Of a stretch of 64,000 nt of DNA, positions 1-12,696 are shown piece after piece. Source of the DNA: Gnetum montanum (lineage: Eukaryota; Plantae; Gnetophyta). Both the position numbers and the translations under genes were made by a program. Each line of letters starts with the position of its first letter. Positions within the stretch are counted from its first letter, which is position 1. Below the pieces are notes generated by a model that was given only the letters and a program-made list of their open reading frames with translations, ran no database searches and was not told where the DNA came from. The stretch spans positions 152,831 through 216,830 of the forward strand of contig MNCI01002538.1 in assembly GCA_015680685.1 (NCBI GenBank). The letters run 5' to 3'.

Positions 1-1148
1 ACTACGTACATATTGTCATTTTATTTGTACTTTTCACTCGCTAAGCAAGAATCAAGCTGAAGAGTTTGAATGATATGCCACGTTAGATTCCGAAAATTTC
101 TAAAATTATGGAAAATTTGCAGTACAACGGTAGCTTTGCGCTAACTCATCCCATGGGGATCCCATGGGTAAATAATTCATTGGAATGGAATGGACTCGAC
201 TCTGACAGATGCTTTCAATTAATACTTTCCATGGTCAAGCTTGTTCCGTAGAAAATTCAGGGAAAATGCGTTGGGCTGACCCTTTTCATATGGAATTCAG
301 AAATCAGATTTCTATCTGACACGACATGACATTAAAGATCGATGACTGTCTAAAAAGTCACCCAACAATGATTTTTTTGATTCGGTACCGTAGCATGTAT
401 TAAGAATTCATGGAGTTTTAATCTTCAAACGGAAACGGCAATTACGCGGGCGATAGAATTCTAAAAAGATGAACCAAATTTGAATTTTATAAAGAAACGT
501 CAATGTTCAGCCGAGGAGTTTGAATTGAGCTCAACATTAATATCAATTATTGGCTAAGGAAAACTAGGTGTATTACGAAGCTGAATGTGTCCTTCCACAT
601 CCATTAGTATTTTATGTTAAATTGGAATAGTTTCATTTGATATCATACAAAATATAATTAATTTTTTTCTTGCTCAAACTTTAGCCTTTACCCTTCAGCC
701 TTCTTGTAAATTAATGGTAAATATTATTTTATTCTTTTGAGAAAAATGAGACAAACATTACCATGCTTTTGCACAAAGATTTAAGTGAAATGACCTAAAA
801 TTGTGAAAGCAATAATTGAATCAATTTTCAACCAACCAACCTGCTACATTGACTTTTGTTAATCACTTTTCACTCATGAAAGCTTGCATTTTTCTTAATC
901 ACTTTTCAACAAACCTATACCTACTACCTTTACTTTTGTTAATTATTTTTTCACCAAGGATAGCTACTACCTTGACTTTGTTATCTTTGTGCAAACATTT
1001 CTTTCTCTTCTATCCCCTTAATAGAAATCAAGTTACAAATTTCCTAAGGCAACTTTTGATGCCATCTTTAAAGAAAGTAATGTTGATGTATTATTACATA
1101 TGCCTTTCCTTCATTCCCTTACCCCTACCTTATCCTTAGAGCATCACA
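1..1148 (+). promoter_or_regulatory. Upstream region of LRR-RLK copy 1, duplicated at ~43128-44140
   Basis: Colinear with ~43128-44140 (e.g. ATTACGCGGGCGATAGAATTCTAAAAAGATG in both). Contains W-box cores TTGACT at ~849 and ~972. Confidence 0.7.
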
Positions 1149-2435
1149 ATGGCCTCCTCCTCCTTTGCTACTGCTCCTTCTCTTTGCCTTCTTCTTTGTT
1201 TGTGCTTTTCTTTCTCTTTTTCTTCTTTGTTGCTGCTGCTACTGAAGCTTGTACCCATCATGATCATGATGGAGTTGTGAATGATATGAGAGCACTAATT
1301 CAATTAAGAAATGCATCACTAGTAATCCACACTCTCTTCTCCACCATTGGGATGATCATGACACTAATGCATGCAATTCGACTAGAATCAGCTGCTCCAC
1401 CAAACATCAAGGCAGAGTTGTGAAGATTGTTCTAGAAAGTGCCACTTTGTGTGGATCTCTCTTTCCCCACCTCTCCAACTTATCATTCCTGCAGGTACTT
1501 GATGTTTCCAATAATTCTTTTTCTGGTCTAATCCCACCATCCCTTAGTACACTACACAAGCTTAAATAGTTGAATCTATGTGTTAATGAATTTGAAGGGG
1601 GATTCCTTATCAAATAGGAAACCTTTCTTCATTGCGATTTCTTACTGTGTGTACAAATTCCTTGGTCGCTGACATTCTTTAGTGTCTTGCAATAGTCAAA
1701 AACCATAAGTAGTTTGATGTTTACCAAACTCAATTGAATGGCCAAATCCCCTGGTGGCTTGGAGCACTCTACAAACTTGAATACCTTAACCTGAGTAAGA
1801 ACAACATTCACGGCATCATTCCTACTCAAATAGGCAATGTTTCTTTCTTGCAATATATTAATCTTGCTTTCAATCATTTGAACAGTTTCATTCTTGCTCA
1901 CTTACCAGTCTCTATCATCTCGCTAGAGTATCACTTGGCAAAAACAATCTGAGTGAAACCATTCCCCCCTGTTTACACAACCTCAAAACTCTTATAACTC
2001 TAGAATTCTCAACTAATAATTTGCATGGTTATCTTCCTACTTGGCTAGGAAACTTTAACAAACTACAACTATTGGGTTTAGTTGTGAATGAATTCATGGG
2101 GAACATCACACACGCATGGCACAATCTCACCCAGCTCCAAGAAGTTGACTTGTTGACCAACAAATTATGAAGAATGCAACTGTTGTGGTTGGCAACACGC
2201 TATATTCAAGTCATGATTCTTAATCTCAGTAACAATTACTTCAGTAGTGGAGTGAGCATGCCCAAGCAACCTATTCCAATCCTCCTAACTCTATGCAGTT
2301 CCTCTCCTCTAACTACTTTAAGTATATATAGCAACCTTTTAATTGGAACGTTACCATCCAACTTTGGGAGCTCCTTGTCGAATCTTTAGTGTTTGATTTT
2401 ATTTGAAAATTTTATCTCTAATAACATCACTCCCA
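1149..2435 (+). pseudogene. LRR receptor-like kinase pseudogene, copy 1 (signal peptide, LRRNT, LRRs; cut by Copia)
   Basis: ATG at 1149 opens MASSSFATAPSLCLLLCLCFS (signal peptide). Then NDMRALIQ, and plant LRRs (LEYLNLSKNNIHGIIPTQIGNVSFLQYINLAFNHL; LSIYSNLLIGTLPSNFG) with stops and frameshifts. Ends at the Copia LTR at 2436. Confidence 0.9.
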
Positions 2436-2686
2436 TGTCCGTCTCTAATGCTATACACTACTAGCCTAAGATAAAAACAAAAAAACAGAACAAAATAGGG
2501 GCAAACAGAGGCAACTGAATTTTTCACATTTTTTATTTAACTGATAATGACCTTTAAATAAGAAAATACATTAACAGAAAATAGTAACTTCTATAATGAT
2601 TGACTTCTATTATGGGTGACCCTTCAACTTTTGTAACGATCAACCCTTCAACTTCTATAACGACAAACCCTTCAACACATTTAACA
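2436..2686 (-). repeat. 3' LTR of Copia A
   Basis: Starts TGTTAAATGTG on minus and ends CA. Matches 6845-7148 and 60715-61204. Confidence 0.85.
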
Positions 2687-5600
2687 CCCTCTCATAAACT
2701 AAAAGTTTGCAAACTATCAATTTAACAAAAATCATTCAATGTGTAGACTCCAAGCTACTTTCTCAACCTATGGAATATTGTTAACTTGAGGGGTTTGGTT
2801 AGAATATTAGCGAGTTGATCTTCACTATTATAAAACACCAAATCAATAACACCATCATTGCATAGATCATGCAAGAAGTGAAATCTCATGTTGATATGCT
2901 TACTTTTTTCACATAGCACATGATTTTTAAATAACTTTATGGAAGAATTGTTGTCATAGAAAATTGTAGTAGCCCCTTCTTGCTTAAAATATATCTCATT
3001 AAGATTTTTTCTTAGCCAAATAGCTTGACAAGTACAAGATGTTGCAGCAACAAATTCAGCCTATGTGGTTGACAATGTGACAATTGATTTCTTCTTGGAT
3101 GACCATGAAATGGCCCTTGTGCCAATCATAAAAATAGATCCTGAAGTGCTCTTCCTATCTTGATCTCCTACATAATCACTATTAGTAAATCCCACAAAAT
3201 TAGATTTTTCACGTTCTTTTAAAAGAAACCCAAAACCTTTAGTCCCTTACAGGTAATGAAATATTCTTTTAGTAGGCAACAAATGCATCTTCTTTGGAGA
3301 CTCCATGTATCTGCTGATAAGACTCACAACATGCATTATATTGGGTTTGGTTGTAGTCAAATACCTTAGACTCCCAACAATTTCCTTGTAAAGTGTAACC
3401 TCAACCTTGCTTCCTTTAGAATCTTTGTTTAGCCTCAAGCCAATCTCAATTGAAGTGCTTATAGAGTTGTAATCCTTCATCTCAAACCTCTCCAAAATTT
3501 CTTTGACATACTTCTTTTGAAAAATAAAGATTCCAATGGGGGATTGCACTACTTCCATGCCAAGATAGTAATGTATTTTTTTCAAGATTAGTCATTTCAA
3601 ACTCATCCATCATTAACTTCTTAAATTTTTTTAAATGAATCACTATTATTCATAGTGAAAATAAGATCATCAACATATAAACATACAATGAGCACTTTTC
3701 CTCCATCAATCTTTGTAAAAAATGTATGCTCATATGGATATTTTTGAAATCCCTCCTTAGAAAAATAGGTATTTGTACTACTATACCAAGCTCTGAGAGC
3801 TTGTTTTAGTTCATACGAAGCCTTTTTTTAATTTATAGACATTGTTCTCACTACCAAGCTTCACAAAACTAGGGGGCTGATTAATAAATACCTATTCCTC
3901 CAAGCCTCCATGCAAGAATGCAAACTTGACATCCATTTGGAAGATAGGCCATGAATTTTGTGTTGCCAATGCAATCACCAATCTGATTGTATCATGCCTT
4001 GCAATAGGAGCAAATACTTATTTATAGTCAATCCCATATTCTTGCTTGTATCCCTTAGCCACCAATCATTCCTTATACTTGTTAACTTTACTAGTCTCCT
4101 TTAGTTTTGTTTTGAAGACCACTTCACACCAATGGTTGTGTGCCCTTTTGGAAGATCAACCAACTCCTAAGTACCATTTCTCTCAATGGCTTCAATTTCA
4201 TCCTCCATTGCCTTTCTCTATTTTTATTCTTTAATAGAACTTTCAAAAGTTGTTGGATCACAATCTGCAAACAAGGCAAAGTGGGTAATTGGGTCATCAG
4301 ATTGGTCAATTCCAATTACCTCATAATCGATCATCCACAAGGGTCTGTTTCAAATACGATGAGATTCAGCTACTACTACTATTGGTGAAGTCTCAACCTC
4401 CATAGTTCTTGGTGCTTTAACCTCTATGGCTTTTGGGATTTTAGCCTTCACAATTCTTGGTGCTTCAAAGTCTATAATTCTAGGTTTTGTAGTTTCGAGT
4501 GCTGTGGAGTTTGCAATTTTACTATTGAAAATAATTGAAGTAGGCTACTGCCCATTCCAATTCCAAGTGCTCTCTTCATCAAAGATAACATCTCCAGTAG
4601 TTAGAATCTTCTTTGTCAGAGGATTATACAATTTATATGCTTTGGATGCTTCACTTATGCCAAGAAAGAAACATTTTCACTTTTCTCCTCTAGCTTCTTC
4701 CTCTTCTCATCTGGGATATGTGCATAGGCAATGCAACCAAAGATTATAAAGTGATCCATTGCTAGTTTCCTCCCACTTAAAGCCTCTTGTAGTGTCATGT
4801 TTTGAATAGCAAAGGTGGGAATTTTGTTCAAAACATGGATGCTCCAATTCACAGCCTTTGGCCAAAAACTCTTTGAAATACTTCCTCTTGCTAAGAGGCT
4901 TCTCGCTATATTGAGGATGGTTCTATTTTTTCTTTTTGATACACCATTTTGTTGTGGTGTGTAGGGGGTTGTAAGCTCTCTCTGAATGCAATGATTCACA
5001 CAAAAAACATCAAACTATTTTGAACAATATTCTCATCCACAATATGTATGAATAGTCTTAATGATATTTCTAGACTTGTTATCAACATGCGCCTTGAAGC
5101 TTTTAAATGCATTAAAAGCTTCAGACTTCTCCTACAAAAATTAAACCCAACTTTTTAAAGTATAATCATTAATGAAGGTGATGAAATACATCTTACCTCC
5201 ATTTGAAGATAGTTTTATTGGCCCACAAATGATGGCATGACTAGTTCAAGGAAATTCTTTGCTCTATATGATTTTCCTTGAAAGAATTGAGAATAATGTT
5301 CTCCACCAACAAAAAATTCTTCACAGACTCTGGAAGGAATTTTAATTTGAGGAAGACCAATCATCATATTTTTCTATTGCAGAGTCTTTAATCCTCCAAA
5401 ATTCAAGCGGTCATAGCAAAAATACGAAAGCCATGTTGGGTCTTTTACTTTAGCCTTCATTCAAGATTGAGCACTTTCAATCCTCAATGAAAATACTCTA
5501 TTGGAGCTCATTTTAACAACTACAATAGCTCCTCTTGAAGGATCATAAATTTCATAAGAATCCTTCTCTTGTAATTGACCAGCACTTAACAAATTGCTTT

Positions 5601-6844
5601 TCAAATTAGGAACATAAAAAACATTGGAAATTGTTTCTACAAAACCATTCTTGGTTCTAATGTTAATATCCTCCTTTCCCATTACATTTATGGTAGAAAA
5701 ATCACCAAAACCTACTATAGAATGAAAAATTTCATCTAAGTAAGAAAAAGAAGACTTACATCAACACATATGGTTGCTGTAGCTAGTATCCACATATCAT
5801 ACATCTAACTAAGACTCTTGGTTGGCTTGAACTACCATCAACAAACTCTCAAACTTCTTCTTTTCTACAAAATTTTATCTCTCCTTTGTCATTGGATAGT
5901 TTAGTATAGCATTTGGAATGATAGTGTTTGTATTTATGACATCTAAAGCATTCCACCTTAGATTTGTGAACTTGTACTATGCCTTTACCTTGAAATTTAT
6001 CACCATCCCCTTTGAAATGTTTTTTGCCATCTCTATTGTCTTGATCTTCTCTTCCTCTTCCTCTACCTCTTTCTCTTGAGGAATAAGTGAAAGTAGAAGC
6101 CTTCAAAGCATGCTCTTCAGAAGCTAAATTTCAATTCATATTCTGTTCATGGATTAACAAAGAACTTTGAAGTTCATCAAGGGAAAGTGCATCAACATCT
6201 TTAGATTCTTTAATTGAATAAAAAACATAATCAAACTTCGGGGATATGGAATGCAATATCTTCTTAAAAATAATCACATTTTTCATCTTCTCACCATGAA
6301 ATCACATGTTATTGGCTATCCCAATTGTCCTTGCATAATAGCTAGTAATCTTTCATCTCTAGAGCATCAAATTTCCTTCTCGAGGCTTGAAGCTATGTAT
6401 GTTTTACTCTCAAAGACCCTTGGTATTTCTTTTTCATAGAATTCCAAATATCCTTCAAATTTTCTTTGCTAAGAATAGTCTCCAAAATAGAATGATCAAT
6501 TTCTTAAAATAAATAATTCATTACCTTCAAATCTTTCAACCTTAGTCCCTCTAGCTCCTTTCTTTGTTCATTTGTGAGTGTAGCCTCAGTTGTGGGTGCT
6601 ACTACACCATCTTCAACAACTTGCTAGTACTTTGTAGAATCAAGAAAGTTTCCATCAACATGCTTTAATGGTCATAGTGATTAAAAAAATGTGGGATGGT
6701 ACACTACAAAATTTTTAGAGGCCATTTATGCACTATTGTGCTCTTCTCTTGAGCCTCCTAAATTAAGTGCTCTACTATGCTTTTCTCTCTGGCCTTTTGA
6801 ACTAGGCTTTCTCTCTAGCCTCCTGAACCAAGCTCCAATACCAC

Positions 6845-7148
6845 TGATAGCCTCTGATGTTGTGCATTTCTATCCTTAGATAAAACAAAATAACAAAATA
6901 GAATAAAACATGGGCAAACAAAGGCAACTAAATTTTTCACATTTTTTATTCAACTAATAATGGCCTTTAAATAGGCAAACACATCAATGGAAAACAACAA
7001 CTTCTATAATGGTCAACCCTTTTATTTCTATAATGGTTAACTTTTTAACTTTTATAATGGTCGAGCCTTCAACTTCTATAATGACTAACCCTTCAACTTG
7101 TGTAATGGATGATCCTCCAACTTCTGTAATAACTGATCCTTCAACTTC
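6845..7148 (-). repeat. 5' LTR of Copia A (truncated) with ~24-bp tandem units
   Basis: Adjacent to the PBS. Repeats of ACCCTTCAACTTCTATAATGGTCA-like units at ~6995-7148, then an abrupt switch to Gypsy RT. Confidence 0.85.
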
Positions 7149-10100
7149 TTTGTGAATTATTGGTAATAGCCAGTATGACCAAGGAATGATCAAATATCTT
7201 TAACGGTTTTTGATTGGTGGGTTATTCCTTGGATGACTCTTATTTTTTCTAGGTCCACTTCAGTCTCTTCTTATGAGATTCTATGCCCCAAGACAATGTC
7301 GTTTTGGACTATTAGATGGTTCTTTTACCAATTGAGCCAAAGGTTGGTCTCCACATACATTTTCAACACTTGCTCAGGGTGAAATGTAGCACCATAGGTG
7401 GAGAATTCATTCATGAAGACTTCTATTCCACGACCAATTTACTATTGAAAAATTCCAAGGACAAGGCATTGGAAGGTTGCAGGGGCATTGTACAAACCAA
7501 AAGACATCTTTTGGTATGTAAAAGTTCTCTAAGGATTTGTTAATGTTATTTTGGATTGATCCTCTAGTGCTATCTAAATTTGGTTATAACCACTATAACC
7601 ATCCAGAAAGCGATAGAAGCAATTCCTAGAGATAGTGTCCAACACCTGGTCCACAAATGGCAATGGAAAATGATCTTTGTACATTGCCATATTCAATAGC
7701 CTATAGTTAATACAGATCCTCAACTTGCCACCTTTCTTTTCCATGATCACAAGTGGGTTAACCCACTTGCTATCTACAATGGGATAGATGAACCTTGCCT
7801 TGAGAAGTTGTTCAATCTCCTCCTTGATGATATGCTTCAACTTGCTATTCAACCATCACCATGGTTACCTCTTTGGCTTTATAGAAGAATTATTATAGAT
7901 GCGAGCTAGCATATCCTAGGATCAATCATAGTGAGTTTAGGATATAACTAAGAAAAGGTGATGAATTATGATTCATTAGGTCATGATATCACGACCTAGC
8001 TCGCGATATCATGGCTCCTATGTAGGCCTATAAATACACCTTAGGCACACAGTGGGGGAAGTAAGTTTTTAGTTAGAAATTAGTTTTTATTTTTTAGTCT
8101 TTCTCAATCCTTTCTCCTAGTGCATGCTCGTAGTGTGATGATTGTAATTGTATGACACCTTTATTTGAGTTTGACGTACTTGAACACGGACATGACCAAA
8201 AATAAAGATCAAGATTACTTCATCATTGCACCATTCACTTAGCTTAATCATTTAATTGTTATTGTTATTTATTACTTTAATAGTTAATATCTCTTCACCC
8301 TAAACTCCCTAAATGTGGAATGAGTATGACTTAATCATGAGCATTCAAGTGTGACTACTTGACATCCTAGTAGCGTACCTAGGCCATGCGCTTGGTAATC
8401 CCAGTGGTAGTCATGCACGAGGTCCAAGATGTGTACGGATGATTAAGGAATGAATGCTTATCACACTCAGGCTAGTTTAGATTCTCTTCATCCTTTCCCT
8501 CTTAGGTTAATCACAGTTATTTCCATTGCCTCTAAGAGTAACACTAGCTTAGAACCACATCATACACCTCACTTTGCACTAAACCATACGTGATAAAGAA
8601 AATACTAGTCCAGGTGGAAACATAGCGAACTGCGATTAGCAAGTAACTATCTAAATACCACAACTAGCCAATCTATGGATTTTGATTGGATCGTGCATGA
8701 AACACTCATATTCATATGGTTGAGTGTAGGGGTACCTCGTCACTCATCATTGGTGTCGTTGCTGAGGACAGTGCTAGTTATCTAGATTAGTTATATCATA
8801 CAAGATTGTTGTAATGAGTATTCATGATATATCTCTTAGAAAAGAAATTAATTTTAAATAAGTCACATACAAACTCATAACAATGTCTCTGTCATAAGAC
8901 TTTGATAATGCAACAACAAGTAAGAAAATTCATTGGAGAAACAACAAACTATATGATGATGAAGATAAATTTTGGAGTACTCAACCTTATGCAGGAGTCC
9001 CCTACATTCATGAACACCCCAACCATACTCAAAGACTTTCTTCATCCAACTCTGACACCTCTAGTAAGGATGAGACATCCCATAGAATGAGGAGGTCCAA
9101 AAGGCCTAGGACCTTCACAATAACTAACAAGAACTTATTTGGGGATGATTGTAAGACTTACAAAAGTCATAATGAGTTTTATAGTTCTCTCTGTTCCTCT
9201 ACTCCTTCTACGTCAGATTGTGAGATGGATGACTATCTTTCAAGGGATTGGCGTAGAACTAAAAATCGAGCTCACAAAGAAAATTGAGAATGCCAACATG
9301 AACAAGGACAATATCGTCCCAACGGACAAACTCACAACCCACTTAGTAACAATGATGGCCTACTAGCCACTAAGAGCCTAATGCCTATACAAGAGGCCGT
9401 TCAAATATCCCGTAGGCATTGCAAGGAAAGTCATCTACCCAAGCTTGACTTAAACAACTTTCCTAAGTTTTTCGAAGGCTATGATTTAGATCCGCAATAA
9501 CATATAATGCCTGTGTATGGAACAATATCAATAATGGGTGACAAAAACTTAAGCTCTTTCCTATGACACTCATTGGCCATGCAAAAGTATGGTATAGGTC
9601 CCTAAAACCAAAATCAATTTGACATTGGCCAACAATGGTAGAACTCTTCATTGAATGATATCAAAACTATGCTAGAGTGTTAGCCTTGAGGAGAAAAATC
9701 TAAGAGTGGAAAAAAGTGCAACATGAAACCTTGGACATGGCCTTAGAAAGATATTATGCATTGTTAAAAAACTACCCAGGCCATGGGTTCTCCGAGGAAA
9801 GGCTAATGTACCACATCATAGGTGGGCTCTGTAATGAAACAAGGGAAACCCTAGGTATGTATGCCCAAGGTCAACTATACGAGCTACAAACCCATCAACT
9901 CCAGGAGCTTATTAAGCAGGTAGCAAAAGAAGAAGGAGAAATGGCTAAATGGGAGGATGTTAAAAACTCTCAATGGGACCAAAATCTCGAATTAGAAAAG
10001 GTCCATAATCATAAACAGGAGAAATCAACTCACGACAAGTAGGTGGAACCATATTTGCTAGTACTACAATCATTAGATGAAGTTGAGGAAAATATCAATA

Positions 10101-10465
10101 GGATGATGGAATGGATACATGGAAAATATGGAGAATATGCTAACAATAGTAGAGGCACAACTATGCCAAATCAAGAGACAGGACAGGACACCATGCAACA
10201 ATCAGAACAAAGGATAGAAGATAATAAGAATAAGAAATCAACTGCCAACTTCTCATATCAATGCAACGTCTATCTGTATGATCACCCCAAAGGGCAATGC
10301 CTAGTTTTGTCACATTTACGTGAGCATTGGGGAGGAATGTTACACCCAAATTTTGTACAGAAATATTGAGGTCAACCACAATGACAAAAGCCCCAGTCGT
10401 GGGGGAAGCCATCACCAACCTGACCATATCCTTTGTATGTCCCAATGTCAAATGCTTACTATGTT

Positions 10466-11113
10466 NNNNNNNNNNNNNNNNNNNNNNNNNNNNNNNNNNN
10501 NNNNNNNNNNNNNNNNNNNNNNNNNNNNNNNNNNNNNNNNNNNNNNNNNNNNNNNNNNNNNNNNNNNNNNNNNNNNNNNNNNNNNNNNNNNNNNNNNNNN
10601 NNNNNNNNNNNNNNNNNNNNNNNNNNNNNNNNNNNNNNNNNNNNNNNNNNNNNNNNNNNNNNNNNNNNNNNNNNNNNNNNNNNNNNNNNNNNNNNNNNNN
10701 NNNNNNNNNNNNNNNNNNNNNNNNNNNNNNNNNNNNNNNNNNNNNNNNNNNNNNNNNNNNNNNNNNNNNNNNNNNNNNNNNNNNNNNNNNNNNNNNNNNN
10801 NNNNNNNNNNNNNNNNNNNNNNNNNNNNNNNNNNNNNNNNNNNNNNNNNNNNNNNNNNNNNNNNNNNNNNNNNNNNNNNNNNNNNNNNNNNNNNNNNNNN
10901 NNNNNNNNNNNNNNNNNNNNNNNNNNNNNNNNNNNNNNNNNNNNNNNNNNNNNNNNNNNNNNNNNNNNNNNNNNNNNNNNNNNNNNNNNNNNNNNNNNNN
11001 NNNNNNNNNNNNNNNNNNNNNNNNNNNNNNNNNNNNNNNNNNNNNNNNNNNNNNNNNNNNNNNNNNNNNNNNNNNNNNNNNNNNNNNNNNNNNNNNNNNN
11101 NNNNNNNNNNNNN
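10466..11113. other. Assembly gap (648 N)
   Basis: Run of N. Confidence 1.
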
Positions 11114-12186
11114 GGGTGTGACATCAAGGGGACATGTGGATTCTCTTTGGTGACATCCATAGGAGTTATCATGTAGCTTGGTTGTACTAAGATCCTTGTT
11201 GATCTAATGAAAAATGGGAGTAAGAGTAATCAAAGGGCACTCAATGAAGAAAACTCAATGCTATTATAGGGGGTTCCACTATTAAGACATGCACCCATGC
11301 ATGAAGGTAGCCAACTTGTCTAGATTAAGCATTCAAAAGAGAGAGAGAGAAGAAGACTGTGCCAAAGAAGTCACACAAAGAGAAAGAAAAGAAGGAAAAA
11401 ATGAGAGATCAAGATGAAAGTGCCACAAAGAAATTTCAAATCACTCCTCTCCTAAACGAAATGCCAAGTGATCGTATGCCTTTCTGTCATGATGCTCTCA
11501 TTGTTGTCTATCATTGGGATGAAGTGATGGGATGTCATTGATCAAAGGAATGGACTTGGTCCTGATTTTTGAGTGATAGGTCAATGACACATTAATCATG
11601 CTTTACATGGAGGATTCATTGTGCCCTAGGCTAGTTACCTCATACCCTAATCTCTATAATCCCTTATGCAATTTGCCTCATCTCATTGTTCATGTAATTG
11701 GGACTTGTGACTTGTGTAGCGTTGAATTTATACCTCATCACAGTGGTATTTACATGTGTGTGTTTTGTGAAATTGGTGTAGATTACATTTAGCCCTTCCA
11801 GTGCCTACAGATATTTTAAGGTGTGATTACGCAAGGGCATTAAAGGTTGGAACCTACTTTAGGGAGGACCCAATTGCATGACTTTTGTAATTTGCACTCA
11901 TCACACATTACCCTCACATAATTTTACACCCTCTGAGTATTGCATTACCACCATTATTCTTTCCCTTATCATCCTTCCAATTCAAATGTTCCTATGTGCA
12001 AACACATGTCATTTTTCCTCATACTCTTCATGACTTTCATTGCGAAATTTTACACCATTATCCTTTTTGTGCCTTTAGGCCTAATCAATATTACCCTGGA
12101 CCCTTTCCATTGACTTCTAGTCCTTCATTTTTTATTGAAATTTTGGAAATTTATCAACTTTATTAAATACCCTACTCTAAATAGGC

Positions 12187-12231
12187 TGTGATATCGTGTA
12201 TGCGATATCGCATCGTGTGAAACTATAAATA
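12187..12231 (+). promoter_or_regulatory. Putative internal promoter of E1 (GATATC motifs plus TATA)
   Basis: GTGATATCGTGTATGCGATATCGCATCG followed by TATAAATA (12224-12231). Same arrangement as the E1 LTR at 7983-8036. Confidence 0.55.
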
Positions 12232-12696
12232 TGGATCCCACCCACGAACATCAACATCATTTGCAACTATTCATGTGGGGAAGTTTTTCAAATTTTCTTC
12301 CACAACTTGCGACTTGCACATCTCTTGTTCCAACAACCATAACTTGCTCTCTAGCACTCTAATTTTCATTCTGATCAAACTTATTTGAACTCGGAGTGCA
12401 TAGCTTAGTTGTGGGGGAGGAATACACTCTGAATTGTGCATAAATTTTTCAAAATTTTTCATCATCCAAAGGAAATTATCAAGGGTAATTAATTATAAAC
12501 ATGTACCAAAAACAATTTCATCTCCTCACAAAAATATTAAAGTGGGTTAAATATTAAAACCTTTTAGGGACATTTTCACAAAAATTCCTAACCTTAAATC
12601 ACATGGAATAAGAGATGAATTCATTAAGGAAAGAAGTAAAGTATAACTTAACTTTGGTAAGCAACCTTACTAATGACTGACCTCGTGTGATTGCAG

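Larger units (their letters stand above)
2436..7148 (-). mobile_element. Ty1/Copia LTR retrotransposon A (degenerate; 5' LTR truncated)
   Basis: Minus-strand order gag (CFRCHKYKHYHSKC), protease, integrase (TTPYTPQQNGVSKRKNRT), RT (CLYVDDL ~3665-3685), RNase H (ANILTKP ~2790). tRNA-Met-like PBS TGGTATTGGAGC at 6843-6832. PPT-like AGTTTATGAGAGGG next to 2686. Confidence 0.95.

Noticed and set aside
6984-7193. Repetitive peptide ORFs here and at 60793-61005
   Set aside because: They are read-throughs of the 24-bp LTR tandem array.
10320-11176. Long ORFs of 237-277 aa
   Set aside because: They are translations of the N gap.
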